Part shown: one piece after another, positions 26,451 through 39,140 of the stretch | How positions within the stretch are numbered: the first letter of the stretch is position 1 | Layout: the number at the start of each line of letters is the position of its first letter | Assembly (NCBI GenBank): GCA_051313645.2 | Contig: JBNRSN020000026.1 | Coordinates: 78,306,001 to 78,370,000 of the forward strand | Direction: 5' to 3' | DNA from: Centroscyllium fabricii | Lineage: Eukaryota | DNA: 64,000 nucleotides | Made by a program: the position numbers and the translations under genes | Notes under the pieces: generated by a model | The model's input: the letters and a program-made list of their open reading frames with translations, nothing else | The model's database searches: none | Told to the model about the DNA's origin: nothing

Positions 26451-29400
26451 TAGTGACGCTGAACTTTATCTGGCTGGCTTTGCAGTGTGGAAGCGGATAA
26501 TGTGACTAGTCTTCCAGAGGAATCGAGCAGGCCTCCTTTACCAGACCTGCCGGTCCCAAAATCTTTAGCGACTGTAATTTAAACTCACATGGAACTGTAC
26601 AGCTCAAAGTAAGTTATGTTACATTATAAACCACGGCGTGTACTGCATCTGTCAGCAGGGCTCGCAGGAGCTGCCAAAATGAAGGGGAAAAACTCTTTAA
26701 TAACGTTTAATTGGCATTACTGCGGATATTGTAGCTTTTCTAACTATATTGGTCTCTGCTTTAACCAATGCAGTGGGCCCAAACTGTAAAGAAACGTAAG
26801 ATATGGTGGACGGGAGCAATGGGCCTACTTCCTAGCGTTTGATTAATTTACTTCAGTAGATTTAAATGTTCCGAATGTTTTATTGGGGTGACATTGAACT
26901 GGAATAGAGTATATAGATATATATCGGATCTCGTTTGTTTGAAAGTATCGCGGGGCTGTACTTTCTGGTAACCTCTCGTCTTGCGTTCTGCAAACTCATT
27001 GCCTGGTTGAGAATTCGTTTGTTACCTGTCTGTAACACAATGACAATAATTTACTTTGTGTTTTGCTTTTGATTTGATAAGCTGTGTTTCGGATCAAAGA
27101 AGAAAGCGCCGTGTCCTTTAAATATGAATTTGAACTATTTAGCTGTGGGGAAGGGTGGTGGGGGGGGGGGGGGGGCGGTTGCTCAAACGTGTTCGCACCT
27201 CTAGTTGTTAATCTGATGCAAAGTTTACTCCAGTTAATAGTCCAGATACAAGACGTGGTTCACCCTGGATGCAGGCTTTTCGTTTCTTCCTTAACTTCAT
27301 TTTATTTACAAAATATCAATAACTTTTTTTTAATTTCCTGTAATAATTATTGTGCTGTAACACTGGCGGTTCAATACTGTCCCGTGTGGATTAATGTAAT
27401 CTTATATAGTCTGTTTACGTATATTGTTTAAAAAGGAAATCGGCCTTTTGAGGAAGGCTGTGCGCAGTCAAGGACATCTTTTATTTTTAAAACACTTCCT
27501 TGGTTTATCAGTCTTCCAAATGTGAACACTCCCACTAACTGAATGCAGAATGAATATTAATTATGTTGCTTGTTAAACTAAGAGTCAAGTTGATCGCCAG
27601 TGTTTTTAATGCTTAAAATAAGGGACATCCAAATATATGTTAGTATCTATATCGTAAGCTTTTGCAAATATTAAATGAAAAAAGGATTCTTATTCAAAAG
27701 CATCCATGTTACAGTGGGGTCTAATCTCAAAATGATCCTTAATAATATTTTGACTAAACTGCCCCCCCCCCCCCCAACCTCCCAATACTGCCTCACCTTC
27801 GACATCTCCCACTCTTGTTTTCGACGCTCGATCAGTAGGTTGGAGTTAGGCTGGGTTTTCTGACTCTGGCCTAAGTAAACTATCTTGTGAATTCATAATG
27901 CATTCAAGGTGCGCAAGGGAACAGCAGCAATGTTAACCTGCCCTCGAAAGTCGAAGATACATGTGTAAAAGTGGATAGAGGTGTATTTTCTCACCCCCAT
28001 CCAATTGTAAAATAAGTATTTGATCAACTAGCAAAATATTTTCAAAATATTAAGTGCTCCATACTTTCTGTAACTGTTCTGGATTCAAATGCGAAACTAA
28101 ATCACTACTTCGAAATTACAGTCTTTAACTTTTACTGCTGTCAGTTTAGAATTATAGACTTTTAGTCTCTATAAATGTCATCGTTTTGAAATGTGACTCT
28201 TAAGTACGACTAATTGAAAGTTGCACAGAATTGTATACGAACATTTTTCCTTTGGGGGTTGAAGTTTAAGTGAGAGACAGGGGAATAGGTGCTCTATCAA
28301 TGTGTTGGGCTAAAGATATTCTTAACACAAACGGATATCCTTTGATCCCACAATAAAGAATTATCCCAAACAAGTACAGAGACTAGCGTTCTAGAATATA
28401 GTTCGTATTTTATTTATGCACTGCACTTACTGTGTTACAGTGCTTGGATACTGTCACCGTTAGCTTTTATCAAGAGTAAAATTGGAAGCATTGTCACCCT
28501 TACTGTACTAGACTTCCCGTCACGCTAATCTGGTGACTGTCTGCAAATTTTGAGGTTCATTGTAAAGATTACTTGTGCATTCACAAAAGCAGTCTAAGGA
28601 GAAATGCAGATACATAAGAGGAAAATTATACTTTGACATTTCTCATCAGTAAATGTCAAGTTTCTCACCCTGTGATAATCAGTGTTGTGGCAAAGTCCTC
28701 GAAGCCGTCTGTCAAGTTTTTTTTTAATTCTTGCCGTTTCCGGTCTGCAGTTTGAGGGGGGAGGGGGGAGCTTTTTAAATCAATGTTAGGAGTCAAAAGT
28801 TTTTTTCCTCTCTCTCAGAATTTCGAAATGTTTCTGTCATTTTTTTTATTGCTTCTCCGCGCTGATAGCTCAGGAAATCCAATGGGTAAACAGGAAAACA
28901 CATCCCTGACGGAGGAAGTACATTGTGGTCTTGCGTTCCATTTCTCATTTTATTCCTAGTGCCCGGTATAACTGAACGCGTGTCCTTCAGTGTTCTGCAG
29001 CAAAATGGGGAAAAAGCAACAATTAATGCAATTCGTTTTAGAATTTCTAAATACCTATTTTACACGTGGAGTTAGAGCATTGCGGCCAAAATGGCTCACG
29101 GTTTTGTGTTTGGGCTAAACACTTTATTTGTAGGTTTTATTGTTTTCTTCAGAAGCAAAATAATCTGTCAATTTCAGATCCGCTTCATACACCACCACCC
29201 AACTTCCATTCTTTTCAGCCTTGATGGTGTCCTACACTTGGCCCTTCACTTAGCTTTTTTCAATCTGATTTAAAGGCAGGATGCTCAGGAAATACATTAG
29301 TGTAATAGTTTCTGATTAGTGTGAGAAAGAAGCTGATAGAGCACACACAATTACAAAAAGAGACAAGAAACTACGGGCTCTTTATAGATATTGGTACAGA

Positions 29401-32400
29401 AGTAACAAATACCCATCCTGACCAAGAAAGCCACAGCTAGGTGTAAGAAAGAGAATGCCAAATAGCACCAAATATATATGTAGGTTCTAATTGTCCCTAT
29501 TGTAGAAGAAATACTGATTTAGGTCCCAATTGGAACTAACTCAGTTAGTGCGGAAAAGCCTTGCAAATAATTCATAATTAATTATAAAACACAAACAACC
29601 ATTCAAGCCATTCCCAATCTATTTAAGGTTATCAGGCCTCCCTTCCTCTCTGTAAATCGACGCAGGCACAAGCGTTTATACCGTGAATCGATAGTCAACT
29701 GTAACATTAATAACTTGGCTGCAGCGAAAGTGGTTTCGTTTCTTGCCCCCTTCTAACACAGATGTATTTGCTGCTGCTACTATCACAAGCGAATTATCTG
29801 TTCCATAGGATCGATAACCATCCCTATCAGGTTAACTGCACAGTCTAAAGGTGATGCATTCTCTTTGTTTAGTTTTTTTTAATAAGTGGGATGCATCTGG
29901 CGCGTTTATAGGCACTGGATGGATTTGAGGACCGGGTTAAGGGGAAAGGGGAACAAAAGGCTGTCACATAAACGCGCGACGGAGTCATAAAGGTGTCAGA
30001 TGATTATATCGCCGTATTAAACATCTAGTTGCAGAGACACACAGATAAAAGCATTCGGATCCCATACGTTATCATTAACTCTTCCCCGCGGTTTCTACCG
30101 TCAGTAACAGGGATCACTTCAGGCCACAAACCGGCACCCTATTCCAGAACGCGCGACCTAAGCGAGACCAGCATACACATCATGGTCTAATTAAAGGCAA
30201 CACGGGCAGAAGGTGAGATCTTAAATTACAGAGCACTGTTATTTTCGATGCATCTCCTTCACTTAATAAATTGAAAAATGAAAGAAAAAACTATAAACCA
30301 CGATATAATTGGTATCAGACTGCATAATAATTCTGCTAATCTAGAAAAGGCTCTCGTCTTTTTATGGCACGCAGGCCGTGCAGATTTGTTAACCCCCATT
30401 ACTTATACCAAAACAGATAGGTTGATGCCTGACATTTGCAGTGCGATTGAGCGAGACATTTCACAACACAAAATCTTATTCGTTTAGTTTGAAAAAGTAT
30501 TACAAATATCCAGAACTGTTTTGTATAGTATTCGTTCTCTGTCATTTACAGTCCAATACCCTAACTTAATTGAATTGAATTGAATTCAGGTTAATTTAAT
30601 TTTAGATTACATTTAAGCTTCCGAAATATTACACAATCTGATGACAAAGATAATCTAAAACCCTTGTTAATGCTTCATCTCTTGAGGGATTGTCCTGATG
30701 ACCTGCTTCTTCATATTAAATATGCTCCGCTTTTATTAAACAAGGCACGATAGCTGCCAGTCTAACGTCACACGGAGCGCACGGTATACACAAGCTGACA
30801 ATGCTTTCGAAAAACTCATGCTGCAAATAACTTGTGATCTGTTGCCGCGATAAAAATCCGACTTAAAAGCAGAATTTGAAACAAATATGAACAGAATCTG
30901 GGGAGCTTTTCACACATGCAACGTGTCAGACCCACCACCAGAGCCCGCTTCAGACCAAGTTCATAGTCATTATGCGTCTCCTTTCTGCCACAAAGCTTAC
31001 CAGCCTTTCCATTGCAGTTAATCTGGCAGAACAGTGTCGGAGGAGTCTGTTTGATATCTCCCCAAAATGTTCTACTTATGCACTATCAGTAGTTTCTAAG
31101 TGCTGTTGTCATTTAACTCTTCAAAACTCACCCTTTCAGTTTGTATATTTTTCCTGACGAATAATGATATAAATTCATTCAAACAGAGCCGGTAAGAAAT
31201 AAAAATATTCTTGAAGAGTTCAAACCCAACTTTCAAGAAATTCCAGTGTCTCAAAATAAAATCTTTCGATTTCTAAATTGTATGTATTAAGTGGAGCAGC
31301 GCTAAGTTTAAAATAAAATCGAGCCTCGTGGGGGGAAAAGCAAAACTGTACAGCAATACTGTCTGAGGATTGTGATGTTGAAACTGTTCACGGGGGCTTG
31401 TTAGTACAGCATTATAGCTAAGGGGTCAAAAAGTGGAGGGTCAAAAGTTTACGTCGTGCGTGACTTGCTGTTGTCTGCTTAGATAGACCCAGTTCGATGT
31501 CAATGGTAAAAGGGGTGATCTTGGCTATCGGCGCAGATGAGAAAATGATACCGAGGTAAGATGTGGAAGTGGAGGTCGAGCTTAGCAATGGACAACAATC
31601 TACAGAGTATGTAAAATAAGACGAGGGAGAGAGGGAGAGCGAGAGACAGACAGAGAGAGGTTGGGGAGGTAAGGCCGGGGGGACTAACAATCCTGACCAC
31701 GATCTGTGCAAAAACAGGGAGGATTAATTGATCTCTTTTATAGGACACACTGCACAATAAATAGAAACCACCAGATCCACGGCGGAAAGGGCTGTGGTAT
31801 AGGTTATAAGAGACTTTGAAAACACAAATGGACGAGTCAAATAATTCCCGCCAGATGTAATCAGCTTTCCTTTCAAAAACATTTGAGAGTCAAGTTGTAT
31901 GGAAATAGAAGCACTTTATTTAAAATTGGTGACGTGACGGAAAAGGATGAATAGCAAATGTCTGTTGTTGTATCAGGGCAAAAGGACACGCGATGAGCCG
32001 AGTATAAATTACACAACTTAATGTGAAAATGACACATAAAATAGCAACATGTGCACATTCGCGATGTTTTCAAACATATATAGTCTTGATATGTATAGAT
32101 AGAAATGGAGAAAGATAGAGTCAGAAAATCAAATTAAAGTAGAGACAGAGTTTTCCATTTGATTGAAGAAATGCTGGATTTCAAGTATCATATAAGGCAT
32201 TAACTTAAATAAAGGGCGGAACGCGAGACCCTAGAATTATATTGCATATTATCAAACAGGAAATACCTTAAGTTCTTTCATTTCGCCCATGTACTTGCTT
32301 TAGCCCCCACCCAGTTACCCGCTTATAGATTCCCAGGATAAAGTTTATCTCTTTGCGCCCATCCATGAAGATTCGGAAAATTTCGATAAAATTTTACAAA

Positions 32401-33055
32401 CGGAAAAAAGAATAAGCTTGATCTAGTTTCTTCCCATAGGTTCAGATCAAATGTCAAATGAACTCGATGTCAGTCTCCTTTATTATCACCAATACGCCTG
32501 TTTCTGCATCCTATCTCACGCCATTGCACCATTTTCAAAAAGTTACGCAAAAAATCTACAAGCCTTGGGCCCTAGTCTTTTCATTTAAACAAAGTAAGCT
32601 ATTTAAATCTGCCTGCGAGGCAGTGTATTTGGGGTCGCTCTGCGCACCGAACACGTTTTAAATCTGTTTACACTATAGTTACTCTGTAATAAATCTGTTC
32701 AAAGTAAATATATAGGCTCTTAAATTGTGAATGTTTGAATGAGGAATTTGTGTAGCAAACTTCTAAAAGTATTTCCAAACACACATTTATGGGCAATGAG
32801 GGGGGAACTCGGGGCTGCCTACTCTTGAAGTCACTTCTTTCTATTTTCTTTTGCTTCCACATTGAAACAAGTGTATTTTCTAATAATATAAGCATGAAAT
32901 CACTATGTCTACTGCATACATTTTTTTACATTTTGTACAAAGGCCACAGTTATGCATTTAAATTACCATGGATAACATTTAAACTACTCGATTTTAAGGA
33001 ATTTTGCAATGGTTGGCTTATGTGGATGTCTTAACATAACTTATTTGTGCATTGT

Positions 33056-33168
33056 AGAAACAAAGAACTTGCCTTTATATAGCGCCTTTCACGGCCTCAG
33101 GACGTCCCAAAGCACTTATACAGCCAATGAAATACTTCTGAAGTGTAGTCACTGTTTTAATGTAGGGA
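33056..33168 (-). mobile_element. Truncated DeuSINE-type (SacSINE1/AmnSINE1-like) or L2 3' tail
   Basis: Minus strand reads CCTACATTAAAACAGTGACTACACTTCAGAAGTATTTCATTGGCTG...GCTTTGGGACGTCCTGAGGCCGTGAAAGGCGCTATATAAAGGCAAGTTCTTT, closely matching the recalled DeuSINE 3' tail. Confidence 0.85.
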
Positions 33169-34472
33169 TTATATATTTACTTTTCCCCCTCTGATATAAA
33201 ATGAACACAATAAAACTTTCTGCATATGAAATATTTTGTATCGGTTTAAATTCGGTGGCAAACTGTGTTACCTATATTCTGCGTGGATGAAAAAAATCAG
33301 ATTCACTTGAAATCACATTCGTCTTCTTTTGCTTTCTTTCGTGAAATTGAGTGTTCAGAAGTTTTCTCTATTTCATATAAACGTCTCATCTGATGCTTGT
33401 TTATATTAAAGCCTTAAATTCGCTATTTTAAGCCAAAGCAGTTTCTGTAACTTACAGGGTTCTTTGGGGGGGGGGGGGGGGGATAAGTCACCGTCAACAC
33501 AAACAGTAAACAGCAGCATGGGGTTGTTTATATCATCTAATGCCATCGATGAATGTGTTATTATGTGCAATGCCCAACAAAACATATGATTTAAACAATA
33601 AATTACACTGAAAACATCGAGCTAACAACAATGAATTCAATAGGTGCAGCTAAACACGCCATTTCCCCAACCTTGACTGAAACATTCACTCAAAGCAACA
33701 TTCACCATACACTTCGCATGAAATTGAAATTTCTACTTTATATATTAAATAATATGCTGGAATTGGAAAATATTTGAACCTTTTTTTATTCCTGCATGTT
33801 TAACACTGCACCGACACGGTTTCACTAATTTGTTAATAGATAGAAAGTACATCAGGAGAAAATGGAGGCCAAATGAAAAACAATTTGAGCATCTTTGAAT
33901 ATAAGTTCATCGAGAAATTTGCTGACATTTGCCTGGAGGGGGTTGTGTCGAGTGAGGGGCCATACTCGTTAGTTTTAATTAGAAAATCCTCTGACGTGTT
34001 AAAACAATCGTTTTCAAGAAATTACATTAATTCTCTGTTACACACACATATAAAATGTGTAATGTGCTGGGGCTTTTTATTCGACTGACGCCTTATCTCT
34101 TGATATTATTCTTTGACTAATTCAATGTAGTAATATGTGAAATAGGTAACTGTAAAAAAAGAACATTTTATATTAATGCAACCTAAGCATGCACGAGAAA
34201 ACAGACCTATTAATTACTTTTGTTATTCAAATTGGAATCTGCGTACGTAACTGCCTATAGAATCCTAGAATTCTGACTTCTATAATAAATATTTGATGCT
34301 AATGGAATCACAAAACATGCTATGCTTGAGAGAATTTCCAGAGCCTTAATGCTGTTTTGGGTAAATTCCTGCCTTGCTATTTTTCTCAAACGTAATGACC
34401 TGAGCAAAATTCAATATGACTGAGAGACCTATCCGTACTATAGAACTTGTAGAGGGGGAGAGTCCAAGAGCG

Positions 34473-34489
34473 GGGTGAAACTCAGGTCA
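34473..34489 (+). promoter_or_regulatory. DR5 RARE upstream of Hoxb4 (B4U / Hox4 5' RARE type)
   Basis: GGGTGA aactc AGGTCA, located upstream of mir-10 as in other Hox4 loci. Confidence 0.85.
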
Positions 34490-36587
34490 AAGCGTCTAAC
34501 AAATATTAAAATGTACTCGGACGCACGGCACGCCTTGGTGTTTAACAAAGACTGTCAGTGTATGAGATTAATACGAAAACTGAAGGGAGAAAACAAAATG
34601 TTCACCAGGCCGGTGCTCGGCCACTTCTTAAAAAGCTGCTAGGCTTTTCGAATGGGGGAAAATAGAGGGCTGCTGGAAAGCGTTCCTCTAACTAGATGTT
34701 ATCAGTGCAAGAACAGACAAAGGAGAACCAATATGTTTATGTTGAAGTTGGTATTTTAGACCTCTCTTCGATTTTTTTTTTGCAAAGCCCAAACCGACGC
34801 GTCCTGTAATGTAGAATTTGAGAATGTAGAGGGAGAAGCACAAAGGGTTTTTGTGTGTGTGTGAGAGGGTATGTATGTGATTTAACGCAGTCGGAAATCT
34901 TTCTTAGGATGTTGGAGTAACTTGGTGGCATTTTAGCCTTGAACTAACCCCAACATATATATCTAGGATGGAGGGGTGGGGGCGATGTGGAGAGACGTGT
35001 GTATAAGTGTGTTTAAGACAGAATACCACAATTTAACCTTGCAAAATAAATGATCAGAATATGTGGTTTAAACACTGGTAATTCTAAATGAATTGCAATC
35101 ATTTAATTATCACCGTGTTTCTAACCATATGAACGATGTTGATATTTATGTCAATACAACTCGTTTTTTAATGCTTAGTATGTTGGCAGCATTTGCATGT
35201 TTACTTGTTTAAGTCACTATCCTTGGCAGCAGTGAGTCCTTTACTACAGTAAGGTTGAGGCCTGCGTTTCACTTCCCCTACGGCAGGCCACAAACAGGAG
35301 GGGGAAAAGGCCTCCCCCATCTCGCTGCTGTTTGCATCCTCTGTTAGGATAGCAATCTATAGCGAGATTCCTTTGAAATGCAGAGCAGATAGGGGACAGT
35401 AAATATATTCATCTTCCAAACTTCCGAAATGTCGACATTTTTATTACAGCGAGTCAAACAAAGCACCGGGTTTATCTTTTATGAAAAGACACATTTGAAA
35501 AGGCTTTGCATTTCCTATTTAACTGCAATGATGGCCAATACACGTTTAAAAGACACAACTGTAAGGGCCAAGGATATTAGATAAGAGTAACATTATATAA
35601 AATAATTCTTGGTTTTTTTTGGAAGATTTTAAAGATGGTGATTAACATTATCGTGAAGTTAGACCTGCAAGAGAGAAGTTTTTTAAGTCATAAAGTCTTT
35701 TCACATGCGATGGGTGCGCGGAGTGAGGGCTCTGCATCATTTTCGTGTTTTATTGCCATCACCGGAAATCTTTGATACAGTTTGCATGTTAAACAACATT
35801 GTCCCTATTCATAAAAGTGTTTTGTGTTGAAGCCATTTGGTATTTATGTTCCTCCGTCGTAAATGGATTTAGATTGGCAACGTTTTTAATATAGAATTTT
35901 ATGGGCAATTTATGGCAGCCATTCTATTTAAGAAAGGAAATTCACACTGTGTGTGAAAAGTACTGAGGTCATTTTAGTTGGCCGTTTAGTTCCCACTACT
36001 TGGGCGACCTGCTACACAAATATAAATCAGCCAAGTACACCACAGTTACGTTCTTTCTTTTACAAGAATTTATCACGGGGGGGAGGATGCCTGGTTTTCC
36101 CAATGTCTACTGTAAGATTTATACAGCCACTGCGTCGCGGCTCATCCACTGCTCGTGAATAAATTAAATATAAAGAAAATTTCTTTGTCTCTGTTGCAGC
36201 TGTAAGCAAACTTTTGGAAAAGTAGTATCACATGTGACTTGGCCTCCTTTGCCACTGTTTGATATAAACGCATGGGTGTTTACTTGAGGGTGATTCAAAG
36301 TTGGCCCTGGAAGTGAATGGTTTGGATTCTTGTAGAATACTTTGTTCAGAATTAACTGGCTTTGCTTTCTATACATTTGCAAAACTGTACTACTCACATT
36401 TCAATGTATATAAAGATACATCCATTGCACAGCAAATCACTGCAAGAAATCAGAGCAACGGACCCTCACTCAAGTTGTGTAGATACATATATAATACACA
36501 TATTTTTGTACATTTGCTTCAATAGAGTGTGTACATTTACATGGATGCTTTTGAACGTCTCTGAGCTACAAAAATGCTGCAAAGTAT

Positions 36588-36680
36588 CTGTCTGTCCTCT
36601 ATATATACCCTGTAGATCCGAATTTGTGTTGACAAAGTTGTGGTCACAAATTCGTATCTAGGGGAGTATGTAGTGGACAC
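36588..36680 (+). ncRNA. mir-10a: pre-miR-10a hairpin (5p 36606-36628, 3p about 36647-36668)
   Basis: TACCCTGTAGATCCGAATTTGTG equals mature miR-10a; complementary arm CAAATTCGTATCTAGGGGAGTA; canonical Hox5-Hox4 position. Confidence 0.97.
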
Positions 36681-37950
36681 AAACGCTACAACAGTCACCC
36701 GGAAGACAGAGGAATATGCTCACGTCTAGAATCTTCTTTCTACAAATCGATAATATATCTAAATAAATAAAATCGAAGCATGTTCATCTACCTGGTTCTG
36801 CGGGTGAGATTGCTGCCTGTAATGGCGTGGTGTCCTTTCTCCTTTTTTTGTCTTGTTGCAAGTACTCTCGCCACTCTCTGGTGCTGGATTAGTTACGTCA
36901 TTTAAATATGGAATGTAACTGTTACCTTTTTCGATAATCCCGCGCATTCCTCCGTTTAGAAATGGTCAGATTTAAAGGGTTTGTTATGACTTAGAAATTA
37001 ATCATTTCGACCCCCTCCCTCCCCCCACACACGCATGTCGTTTGTTGTGCATGGAATTACAGTCTACAATACATTAAAAGTATATGATCATCTTCAATTA
37101 TTTAATTCCAGTTATTTGTGTCTTTTTCCCTCGGTTTTATATGTATCATTGTAAATAAAACTTAAGTTATTTGCGTGATACTCTTAATTAATCTCTGAAA
37201 TTCACAAACAGGGGGATTTGAACAATAAAAGGATGTTGCAGCTCTGTTGCAATATATATTGCATTTGTAATTGAAGCCAACGAAAGAGATTCAATGTAGC
37301 AACGAGACAAGCGTGTGCTAACGTTCCTCCGGCAGTTTGCGATGTTTTAAATCGAACGTGGGCAACTTCGTGAGGTTGGCACCTGTGAAATGTTTCTATC
37401 TTATAATTATGCCTCTTTTAGGGATGGTTCGAGCGGGATCGTTTCAGCAAGGGATATTCTGGGTGAAAATCGCCCGTCTAATGCACTGCTAAATGTAATT
37501 TGTTGACTTGGGTGCCCTGAATTAGTTGATGAATTTTCTATTGATCCGAAGCAGCCCGATTTATCTTTGCCAGCCCAAACGCCTTCCCCCTTCCCCAGCT
37601 CTGCAAAGGCGTTAGCATGGCGATTACAGAAAGATTTACAAGGCTCGATAGATTCTAACATATCAGACCCTATTTTATGCTTTTTAAAAACTGACTCAAT
37701 TAATTTTGGGGGGAGTGATATATCGACGAGCAACAAACCATTGATGCACATAACATAGAAACATTTGGTCGACTTCAAGTCTGTTTAACGGACCTGAAGC
37801 AAGAAGATCCTATTTGTAAACTTGCAAAGTTTCAGGAATAAAAAAGAAGCACATATTAAAAGCTGTAATCAAAAGCTGTTTAGGGGAGAAGGCTGGGAGC
37901 ATTCAACGTCCAATTCTATTTCCTTATCCGGGAATCGAACGGGACCTGCT

Positions 37951-38010
37951 ATTGGCTGCCTGTGTCACATGAACGCCTAACTTTGTTCACTTGACAGTAA
38001 AGTAGGAGGG
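37951..38010 (+). promoter_or_regulatory. Hoxb4 promoter element (NF-Y box, E-box, conserved Hox4 block)
   Basis: ATTGG-N10-CACATG followed by CTAACTTTGTTCACTTGACAGTAAAGTAGGAGGG. Confidence 0.7.
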
Positions 38011-38083
38011 TTTTAAGGAACAGGAAAAAACGGCTGGGTTAGAAAAAATTTTGAGTTATTTTGCATTTCAGATATTAAAGGTC

Positions 38084-38489
38084 ATGAGTTCCTTTTTGAT
38101 TAACTCTAACTATGTGGACCCTAAATTTCCACCGTGTGAAGAGTATTCACAGAACAATTACCTACCAAGTCATTCTCCGGAATACTATACCCGGGCACGG
38201 GAGCCCGGGTTCCAGCATGAGACGATGTACCCGCGGTCAGCGTACAGCGAGCAGCCCTACTCGTCTTGCAGCAACCTCCAGGGCTCGGGCGAGCAAGTGG
38301 TAGCGCCTAGGGGTCCCGTGCAATCGCAGACCGGCCTGCAGAGCCACTTAGCCAAGCAAGGCCACCAGTGTGTCTCGGTGACTCCCAGCCCACCGCCCTC
38401 TTGCAGCCAGAACTTCAGCAACCAAAACACTCCTTGTTCCAAAGAGCCTGTGGTTTATCCGTGGATGAAGAAATTACATATAAACTCCG
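38084..38489 (+). CDS. hoxb4: Homeobox protein Hox-B4, exon 1
   Basis: MSSFLINSNYVDPKFPPCEEYSQ start; KEPVVYPWMKK; donor G|GTGAGT at 38490. Confidence 0.96.
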
Positions 38490-38544
38490 GTGAGTCGTTT
38501 GCCTGGGCTTTTTACCACCTGAAAGCCCGGGATCTATTGCACCC

Positions 38545-38625
38545 ATTGTAAATAGCCATTCTTTAGATTTACGATCGCCTATCTGGAGGTCAGTAATCAC
38601 ATCCTCCATAAATTTTTATTGCAGT
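38545..38625. promoter_or_regulatory. Hox4 intron HB1-type element
   Basis: GTAAATAGCCATT, TTTACGAT, GTAATCAC and CCATAAATTTTTATTG at the start of the intron. Confidence 0.7.
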
Positions 38626-38820
38626 ATCATTACACTTCTGGCCATGTGCCTTTGATGTGTTGTGTCCTAGCCGCTCAGATCTCTTTGAACATCAGTTAAT
38701 GATAGAAGTGAAGTTTTACATTTTTCGTACTCGAATGCTTACTTTAAGTGCACTAGTTCTATTCCTTGTGAGATTCGTGGTGTTCAGTCAGTTATTTCTG
38801 TGTTGTTGCTTTTTGTTCAG

Positions 38821-39140
38821 TGAACCCTAATTGCAAAGGAGGGGAAATCAAGCGCTCCCGCACAGCTTACACGAGGCAGCAAGTTCTAGAGCTGGAGAAG
38901 GAGTTCCATTTTAATCGGTACCTGACCCGGAGACGCAGGGTGGAAATAGCCCATACTCTCTGCCTGTCAGAACGACAGATTAAAATATGGTTCCAGAACA
39001 GGCGAATGAAATGGAAAAAGGACCACAAGTTGCCAAATACCAAAATCAGGTCTACTACAGGCTCCTCGTCCTCTGCAAGTCATCAGTCGCAAGGAAGCTC
39101 TCAGAACCAGGAGCCAAATGGACCATCGGCCATATTATAG
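38821..39140 (+). CDS. hoxb4: Homeobox protein Hox-B4, exon 2 (homeodomain)
   Basis: Acceptor TTCAG|38821; [68 protein letters not shown]; about 241 aa spliced. Confidence 0.96.

Noticed and set aside
30568-30586. (TTGAA)n as a LINE tail
   Set aside because: No adjoining element body recognisable; treated as a simple repeat
37407-37778. 123-aa minus-strand ORF upstream of Hoxb4
   Set aside because: Non-ATG start and no domain; length compatible with chance in 64 kb
38051-38083. ORF-track TTG starts for Hoxb4 and Hoxb3 (58515)
   Set aside because: Bacterial-style start calls; the conserved proteins start at ATG 38084 and 58530
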